Positions 28,208 through 38,791 of a stretch of DNA of 57,975 nucleotides are shown in pieces. Under the pieces are notes generated by a model. It did no database searches. It was given only the letters and a program-made list of their open reading frames with translations, and was not told the origin of the DNA. Position 1 is the stretch's first letter. Each line of letters starts with the position of its first letter. The DNA is from Bacteroidota bacterium. Lineage in GTDB: Bacteria > Bacteroidota > Bacteroidia > Chitinophagales > Chitinophagaceae. The stretch spans positions 1 through 57,975 of the forward strand of contig JANXRX010000071.1 of the NCBI GenBank assembly GCA_025352905.1, written 5' to 3'. The position numbers and the translations under genes were made by a program.

Positions 28208-29962
28208 TTATTTTAATCGTACTTCGCTTACGCTGCAACCCTGGGGTACCATGGGAAACACATTATTTTCTTTGCCTACCATCACTTCGAGCAAATAGGC
28301 GCCGTTATGACTAAGCATGGTTTGTAAAGCATTTACCAGGTTTGCTCTTTCGGATACTTTCTGTCCTTCAATACCATATCCTTTGGCCACCATTACATAG
28401 TCGGGGCTGGCAATATCAACAAATGAATAGCGCTTATCATTGAACAGCTGCTGCCATTGGCGCACCATACCGAGGAACTGATTATTGAGTATGAGTATTT
28501 TTACATTCAACCCGGTTTGCATGATCGTACCCAGCTCCTGAATGGTCATCTGTATACCGCCATCGCCAATTACCGCTACCACTGTTCTGTTGGGCGCGCC
28601 AAACTTTGCGCCGATAGCCGCGGGCAATGCAAAGCCCATGGTACCCAACCCTCCTGAAGTAACATTGCTTCTTGTCTGGTTAAATTTTGCGTAGCGGCAG
28701 GCTACCATTTGGTGCTGACCCACATCGGTAACAATAACCGCATTGCCATCTGTCAGTTCATTAAGGATGCGGATCACTTCGCCCATCGTTAGCTGTTCCG
28801 TGGTCGGGTTCAGTTCTTCAAATATCACTTCCTTAACTTCTTCCCGGTCCAGCTCTCTGAATTTTTCGAGCCATGGTGTATGTGTTTTTGCTTCTGCCAG
28901 TTTGGTTAGCAGCGGCAATGTTTCTTTACAATCGCCCCATACGCCTACCGTTGCTTTTACATTTTTATCAATCTCCGAAGGATCGATATCCAGGTGGATC
29001 ACTTTCGCCTGCTTCGCATATTTGTCTAAACGGCCGGTTACACGATCATCAAAACGCATACCTATGGCAATCAATACATCACAATCATTGGTGAGTACAT
29101 TAGGCGCATAATTACCATGCATACCCAGCATACCCACGTTCAACGGGTGATCGGTTGGCAATGCGCTTAGCCCGAGTATGGTCCATGCAGCAGGGATGCC
29201 TGTTTTTTCAATAAAGGCCCTGAATTCTTTTTCAGCCTTACCCAGTATTACACCCTGTCCAAAGATCACAAAGGGTTTTTTAGCCTCATTGATCAGTTTA
29301 GCGGCTTCTTCTATATATGCTTTCCGTACAATCGGTTTAGGGCGGTAACTGCGTACATGATTACATTTCGTGTATCCTTCGTATTCGAATTTTTGTATCT
29401 GTGCGTTTTTAGTGATATCTATCAGCACAGGACCAGGCCGTCCGCTCCGCGCGATATGAAATGCCTTGGCCATGATGGCGGGGATCTCGGTTGCATCTGT
29501 TACCTGGTAGTTCCATTTGGTAACCGGGGTGGTGATATTGATCACATCGGTTTCCTGGAATGCATCGGTGCCCAGCAAATGTGCAAACACCTGGCCGGTT
29601 ACGGCCACAACGGGCGTACTGTCGATCATCGCATCTGCCAAACCGGTTACCAGGTTAGTTGCGCCCGGCCCACTGGTAGCAAACACCACGCCTACCCTGC
29701 CCGATGTACGCGCATAACCCTGCGCAGCGTGTATACCGCCCTGCTCGTGCCTGACCAATATATGTTTGAGTCTATCATTGTAATCATACAATGCATCATA
29801 GATAGGCATGATAGCGCCGCCGGGGTAACCAAACACCGTTTCCACACCTTCCGCTATCAATGCTTCCAGAACCGCCTGCGAGCCCGAATATCCCCCGGCC
29901 CCCTGGGGAGGGGGTTGAGGAAGTGGCTTCACTTCTATTTTTACTTCTTCGATAGTATTCAT
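28208..29962 (-). CDS. ilvB: Acetolactate synthase large subunit
   Basis: FGYPGGAIMP, RHEQG, TSGPGATN, DVGQHQM, GDGG..NN ThDP motif. Confidence 0.96.
   Translation of the reverse strand: MNTIEEVKIEVKPLPQPPPQGAGGYSGSQAVLEALIAEGVETVFGYPGGAIMPIYDALYDYNDRLKHILVRHEQGGIHAAQGYARTSGRVGVVFATSGPGATNLVTGLADAMIDSTPVVAVTGQVFAHLLGTDAFQETDVINITTPVTKWNYQVTDATEIPAIMAKAFHIARSGRPGPVLIDITKNAQIQKFEYEGYTKCNHVRSYRPKPIVRKAYIEEAAKLINEAKKPFVIFGQGVILGKAEKEFRAFIEKTGIPAAWTILGLSALPTDHPLNVGMLGMHGNYAPNVLTNDCDVLIAIGMRFDDRVTGRLDKYAKQAKVIHLDIDPSEIDKNVKATVGVWGDCKETLPLLTKLAEAKTHTPWLEKFRELDREEVKEVIFEELNPTTEQLTMGEVIRILNELTDGNAVIVTDVGQHQMVACRYAKFNQTRSNVTSGGLGTMGFALPAAIGAKFGAPNRTVVAVIGDGGIQMTIQELGTIMQTGLNVKILILNNQFLGMVRQWQQLFNDKRYSFVDIASPDYVMVAKGYGIEGQKVSERANLVNALQTMLSHNGAYLLEVMVGKENNVFPMVPQGCSVSEVRLK
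29891..29927. repeat. C-rich/G-rich palindromic unit translated inside the ilvB N-terminus (PLPQPPPQGAGG)
   Basis: tcccccggccccctggggagggggttgaggaagtggc resembles the units at thrB. Confidence 0.65.
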
Positions 29963-30005
29963 ACACTTCGTTTTATTCTTTTCTTACTCTCATCGGAAGA
30001 TTATT

Positions 30006-31691
30006 TTATGCCTCGTCTGTTACACATCCTTCAGATGCGTCTTTAACCTGCTGCGCATATTTAAAGAGTATCCCTTTGGTTGCTTTTAAGGGGGGCTGCT
30101 TCCATTCTTTCCTGCGTTTAGCAATTTCTTCTTCCGGCACTTTCAGTGTCATCTTTTTCGTTGCCACATTCAGTTCGATCTCGTCATTATCTTTTACCAG
30201 CGCGATCAATCCACCAAGATGCGCTTCCGGTATTACATGTCCCACCACAAATCCATGTGTTCCGCCACTGAATCGTCCATCGGTGATGAGGGCAACGCTT
30301 TTGCCGAGCCCCGCACCTATAATTGCGGAAGTTGGTTTCAGCATTTCGGGCATTCCAGGACCGCCTTTCGGACCCACATACCTGATCACCACCACATCGC
30401 CTGCCTTTATCTTACCGCTGTTGATTCCCTTTATCAGTTCATGTTCGCCATCAAATACCCGTGCCGGGCCAACAAACAATTCGCCTTCTTTACCGCTGAT
30501 CTTAGCCACGCTTCCACCTTCTGCCAGGTTACCGTAAAGAATCTGTAAATGTCCCGTTGCTTTTATAGGATCTGCCAACGTGTGTATGATCTTCTGCTGA
30601 TCAAAATCAAGATCAGGTGCATCTGCCAGGTTCTCTGCAATTGTTTTACCGGTTACGGTTAAACAATCGCTATGTAATAAGCCGTTCTGCCATAAATATT
30701 TCATAACAGCAGGTACGCCGCCATACTGATGCAGATCCTGCATCAGGTATTTTCCACTGGGTTTAAAATCGGCCAGTACCGGCACTTTATCACTGATCAT
30801 TTGAAAATCATCCTGTGTCAGTTCAACATCCACACTTTTCGCCATCGCAATCAGGTGTAGCACCGCATTGGTACTTCCCCCGAGGATCATGATCACCGTG
30901 ATCGCATTCTCAAATGCTTTGCGTGTCATGATGTCTTTGGGTTTGATGTCTTTCTCCAGCAACAGCCTGATCGCTTTACCGGCATTCAAACACTCCTTAT
31001 GTTTATCGTCACTCAGCGCCGGGTTGGATGATGAATAGGGTAAACTCATTCCCAATGCTTCAATCGCCGCTGCCATTGTATTAGCAGTGTACATGCCACC
31101 GCAGGCGCCTGCACCGGGACAAGCATTCTGTATGATGCCTTTAAAATCCGCTTCGCTTAAATTCCCGGCGAGTCTTTGTCCCAACGCTTCAAACGCTGAA
31201 ACAATGTTCAGATCCTGGCCCTTATAGTGACCCGGCGCGATCGTTCCGCCATATATCATAATCGCAGGCCTGTTTAAACGACCCATGGCCATCACAGAGC
31301 CGGGCATATTCTTATCACACCCGGGTAAGGCTATCACACCATCGTAATACTGCGCTCCACATACTGCTTCAATAGAATCGGCAATGATATCACGGCTCAC
31401 AAGTGAATAACGCATCCCATCGGTTCCATTGCTCATACCATCACTTACGCCAATCGTGTTAAAGACCAGGCCCACCATCTCATTATCCCAGATACCCTGC
31501 TTCACCAGCTTTGCCAGGTCGTTCAGGTGCATGTTACAGGTATTACCATCATACCCCATACTTACCACACCCACCTGCGCTTTGGCGAGGTCCGCATCTG
31601 TAAGACCTATTCCATACAGCATTGCCTGTGCGGCCGGTTGCGTTATATCCTGGGTAAGTGTTTTGCTGTATTTATTGATTTCGTTCAACAT
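30006..31691 (-). CDS. ilvD: Dihydroxy-acid dehydratase
   Basis: [38 protein letters not shown]. Confidence 0.97.
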   Translation of the reverse strand: MLNEINKYSKTLTQDITQPAAQAMLYGIGLTDADLAKAQVGVVSMGYDGNTCNMHLNDLAKLVKQGIWDNEMVGLVFNTIGVSDGMSNGTDGMRYSLVSRDIIADSIEAVCGAQYYDGVIALPGCDKNMPGSVMAMGRLNRPAIMIYGGTIAPGHYKGQDLNIVSAFEALGQRLAGNLSEADFKGIIQNACPGAGACGGMYTANTMAAAIEALGMSLPYSSSNPALSDDKHKECLNAGKAIRLLLEKDIKPKDIMTRKAFENAITVIMILGGSTNAVLHLIAMAKSVDVELTQDDFQMISDKVPVLADFKPSGKYLMQDLHQYGGVPAVMKYLWQNGLLHSDCLTVTGKTIAENLADAPDLDFDQQKIIHTLADPIKATGHLQILYGNLAEGGSVAKISGKEGELFVGPARVFDGEHELIKGINSGKIKAGDVVVIRYVGPKGGPGMPEMLKPTSAIIGAGLGKSVALITDGRFSGGTHGFVVGHVIPEAHLGGLIALVKDNDEIELNVATKKMTLKVPEEEIAKRRKEWKQPPLKATKGILFKYAQQVKDASEGCVTDEA

Positions 31692-31704
31692 GCCTGCGTT
31701 TAAT

Positions 31705-32616
31705 TTATTCTATCCCGGAAATTTCATTCACCAATTCCTGTTTGTTTTCTACTACCAGGTTTTTATAACTATCCTGTATCAGTTTGCTTACTGTGTTCTC
31801 CCATGGCTGGGTGAATGGTTTATCATCGAGCGACTGCAACCCGATCACTTCTGCAGCGGTGCCACAGAAAAAAGCGGCATCGGCGCCATACATTTCTTCT
31901 TTATTGAACCTCTTTTCTTCAACCGGGATATTCAGTTCACTACAGAGTTCCAGTACCGTTGCCCTTGTAATGCCGGGAAGGATATTGCCTAACGCAGGTG
32001 TGAATAATTTTCCGTCTTTCTCAAAAAAGACATTGGCGCCTGGCGCTTCTGCTACCTGGTCATGCATATCAAGCAGCAACGCTTCATCATAGCCATGCGC
32101 TTTTGCTTCGTGACTGGCCATAATAGAGTTCACATAATGGCCGGCGGCTTTTGCGTGTATTTTAAATCCTTTCGGGTTAGGGCGCTGAAAAGTGGAGGTC
32201 ATTACACGCAATAACTTATCGCCGAGAAAGGGCGCCATTTCCCAGGCTTCTATTACGATAAAAGATTCTGTGTTAAGATTAAAACTCATATTAGCCGGTG
32301 CATATACTACGGGGCGTATATAGGCATCCTGCAGTTTGTTCTTTTTTAATACTTCATAGGTAGCAGATATCAACTCTTCCGTTTGCCAGCTATAGGGCAT
32401 GTTCAGGGAAAGCGCAGATATTTTCAATCTTTCAAAGTGTTCCACAGCTTTGAAGATCTTTGTTTCGTCTTCGATGGTTTTGTACGAACGGATGCCTTCA
32501 AAAACAGAATAGCCATAATGAAAAGACTGGCTATAAAAATCCATTTTCGCTTCACTGGCTTTTACAAAAGCACCATTGAGGTAGATAAGTGTGTGCTCGG
32601 TATAATAGTTTGCCAT
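31705..32616 (-). CDS. ilvE: Branched-chain amino acid aminotransferase
   Basis: [32 protein letters not shown]; start placed at MANYYT. Confidence 0.94.
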   Translation of the reverse strand: MANYYTEHTLIYLNGAFVKASEAKMDFYSQSFHYGYSVFEGIRSYKTIEDETKIFKAVEHFERLKISALSLNMPYSWQTEELISATYEVLKKNKLQDAYIRPVVYAPANMSFNLNTESFIVIEAWEMAPFLGDKLLRVMTSTFQRPNPKGFKIHAKAAGHYVNSIMASHEAKAHGYDEALLLDMHDQVAEAPGANVFFEKDGKLFTPALGNILPGITRATVLELCSELNIPVEEKRFNKEEMYGADAAFFCGTAAEVIGLQSLDDKPFTQPWENTVSKLIQDSYKNLVVENKQELVNEISGIE

Positions 32617-32632
32617 AATTTTTATTTTCGTA

Positions 32633-33745
32633 TCAGATGATCGTTGAACTGTGTTGATTGCCATGGTTACTGCTTTCTTCACCGGCATGGCGTATGATGT
32701 GTTCGGTTACCAGTTCCCCGATAGCCGTGGTTGAATAATTATTGACAGGATCTATGTCCTTTGAAACAAAGCCATTGCTTAGTGTCCATTCAACGGCTTC
32801 TCTTACGGCAGTGGCTTCTGTGTTTAGCTGAAAATAATCCAGTAGCATGGCGGCTGATAAGATTGAGCCCAATGGGTTGGCGATATCTTTACCGGCAGCC
32901 TGCGGGTATGATCCGTGGATAGGCTCAAACAACGCTGTCTGGTTACCTACAGATGCAGAAGGCAGTAATCCCAATGAACCGGTTAATACACTGGCTTCAT
33001 CGCTGATGATATCACCAAACATATTCTCTGTAAGCACCACATCAAAATGTGCGGGAAACTGGATCACCTGCATCGCTGCATTATCAACAAACATATAATC
33101 TACTGTAACATCGCTGTATTGCTGTGCTATTTCCTGTACCACTTTACGCCAAAGGCGGGAAGTTTCCAATACGTTTGCTTTATCTACCAGGGTGAGTTTT
33201 TTTCTTCTTTTCTGTGCATATTGAAAAGCGAGATGTGCCACACGTTCTATTTCATATTTGCTGTAGGTGCACAGGTCAGAAGCGGTGAGCCCATCATCAC
33301 TCAGTTCTTTTTTACCAAAATAGATACCCCCCGTTAATTCGCGGAAGATCACAAAATCAACATCTTTCAGGTGTTTGCTTTTTAAGGGCGATAAATGCTG
33401 TAACGATGGGTACGTGCTCACCGGCCTGATATTGGCGAACAGTTGCAGCTCTTTACGCAACTTCAGCAACCCCTGCTCCGGTCTTACTTTAGCCGTTGGA
33501 TCGTTGTCGTATTTAGGATGGCCGATGGCACCGAACAGAATGGCGTCGGCGGCGAGGCAGGTAGTAATGGTTTCATCCGGCAGCGGGTTTCCTGTTTTAT
33601 CAATGGCATCGGCGCCCATAATGCCGTAGGTATACTGAAAAGAATGACCAAAGCGCTGGGCCACCGCATTCAATACCTGTATGGATTGCCGGGTTACCTC
33701 AGGGCCAATGCCATCTCCGAATATTACTGCTATCTTTTTTTCCAT
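32633..33745 (-). CDS. leuB: 3-isopropylmalate dehydrogenase
   Basis: GDGIGPE, RELTGGIYFG, VDKANVL, NMFGDIISD, EPIHGS. Confidence 0.97.
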   Translation of the reverse strand: MEKKIAVIFGDGIGPEVTRQSIQVLNAVAQRFGHSFQYTYGIMGADAIDKTGNPLPDETITTCLAADAILFGAIGHPKYDNDPTAKVRPEQGLLKLRKELQLFANIRPVSTYPSLQHLSPLKSKHLKDVDFVIFRELTGGIYFGKKELSDDGLTASDLCTYSKYEIERVAHLAFQYAQKRRKKLTLVDKANVLETSRLWRKVVQEIAQQYSDVTVDYMFVDNAAMQVIQFPAHFDVVLTENMFGDIISDEASVLTGSLGLLPSASVGNQTALFEPIHGSYPQAAGKDIANPLGSILSAAMLLDYFQLNTEATAVREAVEWTLSNGFVSKDIDPVNNYSTTAIGELVTEHIIRHAGEESSNHGNQHSSTII

Positions 33746-33783
33746 CCTTTATAGTTTCAGCTATTAAAAATCAATTGTTAGTC

Positions 33784-34374
33784 TTAGTATCCCTGATTGG
33801 TTATTTCGTATGCCTCTATAGCCGCCTTGTTGTTTATCAGGTAATCAATATCATCATACCCGTTCAGCAAACAGGTTTTTTTGTATGGATTGATCTCGAA
33901 GGTTTCCTGCGCGCCGGTGACATCGATCGTGATGGTTTGCTTTTCCACATCAATACTGATCGTGGATTCATTTCCCTGTGAAAAGATTTTTGCCAGGAAT
34001 TCCTCGCTTACTTTTATGGGCAGCACACCGTTGTTGAGGGCATTATTCTTAAAAATATCCGCAAAAAAACTCGACACAACGGATTTAAAACCATAGTCCT
34101 GTAATGCCCATGCTGCGTGTTCTCTTGATGAACCACATCCGAAATTTTTTCCGGCCACCAATATTTCCCCGCTGTATTGCGGTTGATTCAACACAAAACC
34201 TGCTTTGGGTTTTGTTTCATCATTGTTCTCATAGCGCCAGTCGCGGAAAAGATTCTTGCCAAACCCATCACGTGTTGTTGCTTTTAAAAAGCGGGCAGGA
34301 ATAATCTGATCTGTATCCACGTTTTCCATTTCGAGCGGAACAAAGCGGCTATGTATTTTCTGTAAGGCTACCAT
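33784..34374 (-). CDS. leuD: 3-isopropylmalate dehydratase small subunit
   Basis: [32 protein letters not shown]. Confidence 0.97.
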   Translation of the reverse strand: MVALQKIHSRFVPLEMENVDTDQIIPARFLKATTRDGFGKNLFRDWRYENNDETKPKAGFVLNQPQYSGEILVAGKNFGCGSSREHAAWALQDYGFKSVVSSFFADIFKNNALNNGVLPIKVSEEFLAKIFSQGNESTISIDVEKQTITIDVTGAQETFEINPYKKTCLLNGYDDIDYLINNKAAIEAYEITNQGY

Positions 34375-34376
34375 GT

Positions 34377-35783
34377 TTATTTTTTTGTGAGTTCCCTGAT
34401 ATCTGTTACCACTCCTGTAATGGCCGCAGCCGCAGCGGTTAAGGGGCTGGCCAGTAATGTTCTGGCGCCTGCTCCCTGCCTGCCTTCAAAATTCCGGTTG
34501 CTGGTGCTGATACAATATTCGCCCGCGGGTATCTTGTCTTCATTCATTCCCAAACAGGCGCTGCAGCCTGCCTGCCTGATCTCGAAACCAGCTTCTATAA
34601 ATATTTTATCCAGGCCTTCTGCTTGTACCTGTTTGGCCACCTGTTGTGAACCGGGTACGATCATTACCTGTACGTGCTCATTTTTCTTTTTCCCTTTCAC
34701 AAACGCTGCCACCAGGCGCAGATCCTCTATACGCGAGTTGGTGCAACTGCCTATAAATACGTTCTGTACAGGCATTCCCAGCAAGGCTTTACCTCCCTGC
34801 AGCCCCATGTATTGTAATGCTTTTTCTATGTTCTTTCTCTCTCCTTCGTCAGGAATAGATTCAGCAATGGGTATTAAACCATTGATCGCGATGCCGAGCC
34901 CTGGATTGGTGCCATAAGTGATCATCGGCTCTATTTCAGAAGCATTGATCTGGATCTCGCTATCAAACACCGCATCGTTATCGCTGTATAACTGCGTCCA
35001 TTCGGCCAGCTTTTTTTCCCATTGTATCCCTGATGGGGCAAATTGTCTTCCCCTGATATATTCGAATGTGGTTTCATCCGGCGCTATCATTCCCCCTCTC
35101 GCTCCCATTTCAATACTCATGTTACAGATGGTCATTCGCGCCTCCATGCTGAGTGAGCGGATAGCAGAGCCTGCATACTCTACAAAATAACCCGTACCGC
35201 CACTCGCTGTTATTTTGGCAATGATATAAAGAATGATATCTTTCGACAATACGCCTTCATGCAACCTGCCTTCTATATTGATACGCATGGTTTTGGGCCT
35301 GGTCTGCAATACACATTGTGAAGCAAATACCATTTCCACTTCACTGGTTCCTATCCCAAAAGCAACCGCGCCAAAGGCACCGTGGGTAGATGTATGGCTA
35401 TCGCCGCAAACAATGGTCATACCCGGTTGTGTAATACCCAGTTCCGGTCCGATCACGTGTACAATACCCTGGAAAGGATGCCCTAATCCATACAACTCAA
35501 TATCATGTTTCTTACAGTTCTCTATTAATTGCTGCACCTGCAGGCGGGATAGTTCATCTTTAATAGGGAGGTGCTGGTTAAGCGTAGGTACATTATGATC
35601 GGCTGTGGCCACCACCTGTTGCGGGCGGAACACTTTCAATCCCCTGTTCTCTATGCCTTTAAAAGCCTGCGGGCTGGTTACTTCGTGTATAAAGTGTTTA
35701 TCAATATACAGTACCGAAGGGCCATCCTCGATCTTTTGCACTACGTGTTTTTCCCAGATCTTATCAAATAATGTCTTTCCCAT
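34377..35783 (-). CDS. leuC: 3-isopropylmalate dehydratase large subunit
   Basis: [40 protein letters not shown]. Confidence 0.97.
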   Translation of the reverse strand: MGKTLFDKIWEKHVVQKIEDGPSVLYIDKHFIHEVTSPQAFKGIENRGLKVFRPQQVVATADHNVPTLNQHLPIKDELSRLQVQQLIENCKKHDIELYGLGHPFQGIVHVIGPELGITQPGMTIVCGDSHTSTHGAFGAVAFGIGTSEVEMVFASQCVLQTRPKTMRINIEGRLHEGVLSKDIILYIIAKITASGGTGYFVEYAGSAIRSLSMEARMTICNMSIEMGARGGMIAPDETTFEYIRGRQFAPSGIQWEKKLAEWTQLYSDNDAVFDSEIQINASEIEPMITYGTNPGLGIAINGLIPIAESIPDEGERKNIEKALQYMGLQGGKALLGMPVQNVFIGSCTNSRIEDLRLVAAFVKGKKKNEHVQVMIVPGSQQVAKQVQAEGLDKIFIEAGFEIRQAGCSACLGMNEDKIPAGEYCISTSNRNFEGRQGAGARTLLASPLTAAAAAITGVVTDIRELTKK

Positions 35784-35792
35784 AATGTTTTC

Positions 35793-36959
35793 TTATGCAG
35801 TAATGCTTTCTGGTTTATATGCTTTGGCCAATGCATGGAGGTCATCTTCCTGCACTTCCTTTATTTTATCGGCCACCTGTAAAAATGACTGGTACAGGGT
35901 ATCTATATCGTTTCGCGTATAATCATATCCTATTTTCTGAAAACGATAAGCCAAGGCACTTCGTCCGCTGCGTGCGGTTAATACGATCCTGCTTCCATCA
36001 GCGCCCACTTCATCGGGGTTGATGATCTCGTAAGTAAGGGAATCTTTCAGGAACCCATCCTGGTGAATACCGGATGAATGTGAAAAAGCATTGGCGCCAA
36101 CGATCGCTTTATTGGGCTGTACGCCAACACGCATGGTTTCGGCCACTTCCCTGCTTAGCGGGTTCAGCATTTTTGTATCAATATTTGTAAACAGGCCCAG
36201 GTGTTTGTGTTGTTTGATCACCATGACCACTTCTTCCAATGCCGTATTGCCGGCTCTTTCTCCTAACCCGTTGATGGTACACTCTATCTGTCTTGCTCCA
36301 CCTATTACGCCCGAAATGGAATTGGCCGTAGCCAGGCCAAGATCGTTATGGCAATGACAGGAGATCACCGCTTTATCAATATTGGAAACATTATTTTTCA
36401 GGAAAGCGATCTTTTCACCGTATTGATCGGGCAGGCAATAACCGGTGGTATCCGGGATGTTTACAACGGTTGCCCCTGCTTTGATCACCGCTTCGATTAC
36501 CCGGGCAAGGTATTCGTTACCGGTACGGCCCGCATCTTCTGCATAAAACTCCACATCATCCGTAAATTTTCTCGCCCATTTCACGGCCTGTACCGCGCGT
36601 TGTAAAATTTCTTCTTTGGTGGTATTGAATTTTGATTTGATATGAAAGTCGGAGGTACCAATACCCGTATGGATCCTCGGACGTTTGGCATATTTAAGCG
36701 CCTGCGCGGCCACTTCTATGTCTTTTTCCACCGCGCGGCTCAGCCCGCATACGACCGTATTTTGTATGGCTTTTGATATCTGGGTAACAGATTCAAAATC
36801 GCCGGGGCTTGAAATGGGGAAACCCGCTTCAATGATATCCACCCCCAGGGTTTCCAGTTTCAGGGCCAGCTCCAGCTTTTCTTTGGTGTTGAGTTTACAA
36901 CCGGGCACCTGTTCACCATCGCGGAGTGTGGTGTCGAAAATAAAGACCTGCTGATCCAT
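35793..36959 (-). CDS. leuA: 2-isopropylmalate synthase, short form lacking the C-terminal regulatory domain
   Basis: [29 protein letters not shown]; ends at 388 aa. Confidence 0.93.
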   Translation of the reverse strand: MDQQVFIFDTTLRDGEQVPGCKLNTKEKLELALKLETLGVDIIEAGFPISSPGDFESVTQISKAIQNTVVCGLSRAVEKDIEVAAQALKYAKRPRIHTGIGTSDFHIKSKFNTTKEEILQRAVQAVKWARKFTDDVEFYAEDAGRTGNEYLARVIEAVIKAGATVVNIPDTTGYCLPDQYGEKIAFLKNNVSNIDKAVISCHCHNDLGLATANSISGVIGGARQIECTINGLGERAGNTALEEVVMVIKQHKHLGLFTNIDTKMLNPLSREVAETMRVGVQPNKAIVGANAFSHSSGIHQDGFLKDSLTYEIINPDEVGADGSRIVLTARSGRSALAYRFQKIGYDYTRNDIDTLYQSFLQVADKIKEVQEDDLHALAKAYKPESITA

Positions 36960-36985
36960 GAATATTTGTTTTAGACAATTGTTGA

Positions 36986-37046
36986 GATAAAAAGACAGGC
37001 TATTTACCTTTGTTACAATTGCCTGGTAACAAAGTGATAGCCTGTC
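36986..37046. promoter_or_regulatory. Long inverted repeat in the leuA / 518-aa gene divergent region (terminator-like or operator-like)
   Basis: gacaggcta...ctttgttac-loop-gtaacaaag...tagcctgtc; followed by TTTTTAT on the minus strand; contains TACCTTTG (-7 box, plus strand, 37005-37012). Confidence 0.65.
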
Positions 37047-37172
37047 AGTACCGAATTTACTTTATCACTTACTGGTTTTCAGATCAAAATTGAGGGTATT
37101 TTACAGTCTATAAACGCCCTATAATCGCCTGTAACCCTTATGGTTGCTGGGTTTATGTTTAAATAAATTACG

Positions 37173-38729
37173 ATGCCCAACCGGTCCACAGACGCCTTAT
37201 TTCAACTGATCCAGTCGCTGGAAAGGTCAGAAAAACGCAATTTTAAGCTCTATATGACCCGGAATTCGACCTCGGGCGACCTGAAAGTGGTGCATTTGTT
37301 TGACGGGTTAGAGAAAATGAAGGAGTATGATGAGGAACAACTGCTGCTGAAAAACCCCAGTTTACTGAAGCAGCAGCTCTCTAACCTGAAAGCACATTTA
37401 TACCGGGAGATTCTGGCCAGCCTTCGGTTATTGAAACAGGATGAGAATATCGACCTGCAATTACATGAACAATTGGATTTTGCCCGGCTCTTGTACAATA
37501 AGGGATTATACCTGCAAAGTTTGAAGATATTAGACAGGATCAAGGACCTGGCCCGGAATAATAACCAGGTTACCTACCTCTTACAGGTATTGTTCCTCGA
37601 AAAAAAGATAGAAGCGCTGCATATTACCCGCAGCCTGCAGGACAGGGCAGATACCTTAAGCGCCGAAGCCGAAGAGGTAACGGAACGGCTGGGTTTGATC
37701 GGCAGCTTATCCAATCTTTCTCTCCAGTTGTACAGCTGGTATATCCGTAACGGCCATGCGCGTAATGAAGAAGATACGTATTCGGTAGACACTTTTCTGA
37801 AACATCCGGCGATAACCGAGGCACAGGACTCGAAGGGATTTTATGAGCGGTTGTACCTTTACCAGTGTTTATGCTGGCATGCATTCATCACCCAGAATTT
37901 TTTAGTGTACTACCGGTATTGCCAGAAATGGGTGGATCTGTTTGAGGATGAGCCGAAGATGATAGAGATAGAAACCGCTTTATACATCAAGGGTGTTCAT
38001 AACCTGATGGGCGCGCATTTTGACTTGCATAATTACCAGAAGTTCAACGAAACCATCGATCGTTTTGAGCATTTTATCCAGACGCCGGTGATTCAAAATA
38101 ACCAGAATAACCTGATACAGACTTTTGTGTACCTGAACACCGCCAGGCTGAACAGGCATTTTATGGAAGGTACCTTTACAGAAGGGCTGGAACTGGTTCC
38201 GTTTATTGAAGAAAAGCTGAAGGAGTATGATCTGTTCCTCGACAGGCACCGTGTGTTGGTATTCTATTACAAGATCGCGTCTTTATATTTTGGCAGTGGT
38301 CATAATGAGAAGAGTATCGATTACCTGAACAAGATCATTAACTGGAAAGTGGACCTGCGTACCGATCTGCAATGTTATGCCCGTTTGCTCCACCTGATTG
38401 CGCATTATGAGCTTGGCAATTATGCGTTGCTCGAATATTTATTGAAATCGGTTTACCGGTTTATGTCGCGGATGCAGAACCTGAGCACGGTGGAAGAAGA
38501 AGTGTTTGCCTTTTTAAGAAGATCGTTCCGTTCTTCTCCCAAACAACTGAAACCGCAGTTTGAAATGTTGCTGGCTGCTTTAAAACCTTTGGAAAAGAGC
38601 CGCCTGGAGAGCAGGGCCTTTATGTACTTAGATATCATTTCCTGGTTAGAAAGTAAGATTGAGCATAAGCAGGTACAGAATGTGATCAGGCAGAAATACC
38701 TGGATGCAAAAAGAGCGGTGTCTCAATAA
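37173..38729 (+). CDS. Hypothetical all-helical (TPR-like) cytoplasmic protein
   Basis: 518 aa, no signal peptide; N-terminal 'LFQLIQSLERSEKRNFKLY'; helical repeats such as YKIASLYFGSGHNEKSIDYLN. Confidence 0.8.
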   Translation: MPNRSTDALFQLIQSLERSEKRNFKLYMTRNSTSGDLKVVHLFDGLEKMKEYDEEQLLLKNPSLLKQQLSNLKAHLYREILASLRLLKQDENIDLQLHEQLDFARLLYNKGLYLQSLKILDRIKDLARNNNQVTYLLQVLFLEKKIEALHITRSLQDRADTLSAEAEEVTERLGLIGSLSNLSLQLYSWYIRNGHARNEEDTYSVDTFLKHPAITEAQDSKGFYERLYLYQCLCWHAFITQNFLVYYRYCQKWVDLFEDEPKMIEIETALYIKGVHNLMGAHFDLHNYQKFNETIDRFEHFIQTPVIQNNQNNLIQTFVYLNTARLNRHFMEGTFTEGLELVPFIEEKLKEYDLFLDRHRVLVFYYKIASLYFGSGHNEKSIDYLNKIINWKVDLRTDLQCYARLLHLIAHYELGNYALLEYLLKSVYRFMSRMQNLSTVEEEVFAFLRRSFRSSPKQLKPQFEMLLAALKPLEKSRLESRAFMYLDIISWLESKIEHKQVQNVIRQKYLDAKRAVSQ

Positions 38730-38791
38730 TCTATCCCAATAAACGCTGATTTCAACGATAGAGTTTATATATTCAATGGATAATACTGTTT

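Noticed and set aside
29357-30548. Plus-strand ORFs of 100-230 aa opposite ilvB/ilvD, and similar antisense ORFs elsewhere
   Set aside because: Antisense to highly conserved enzymes, with no recognisable domains.
32970-32980. 11-nt match (cccaatgaacc) between the CRISPR spacer and leuB as self-targeting
   Set aside because: Too short, internal to the spacer and expected by chance; no longer match was seen by eye.
36960-37172. Classical leader-peptide attenuator or T-box for leuA
   Set aside because: No ATG-initiated Leu/Ile/Val-rich mini-ORF or T-box motif on the minus strand; only a weak TTG-started 10-codon frame inside the hairpin.
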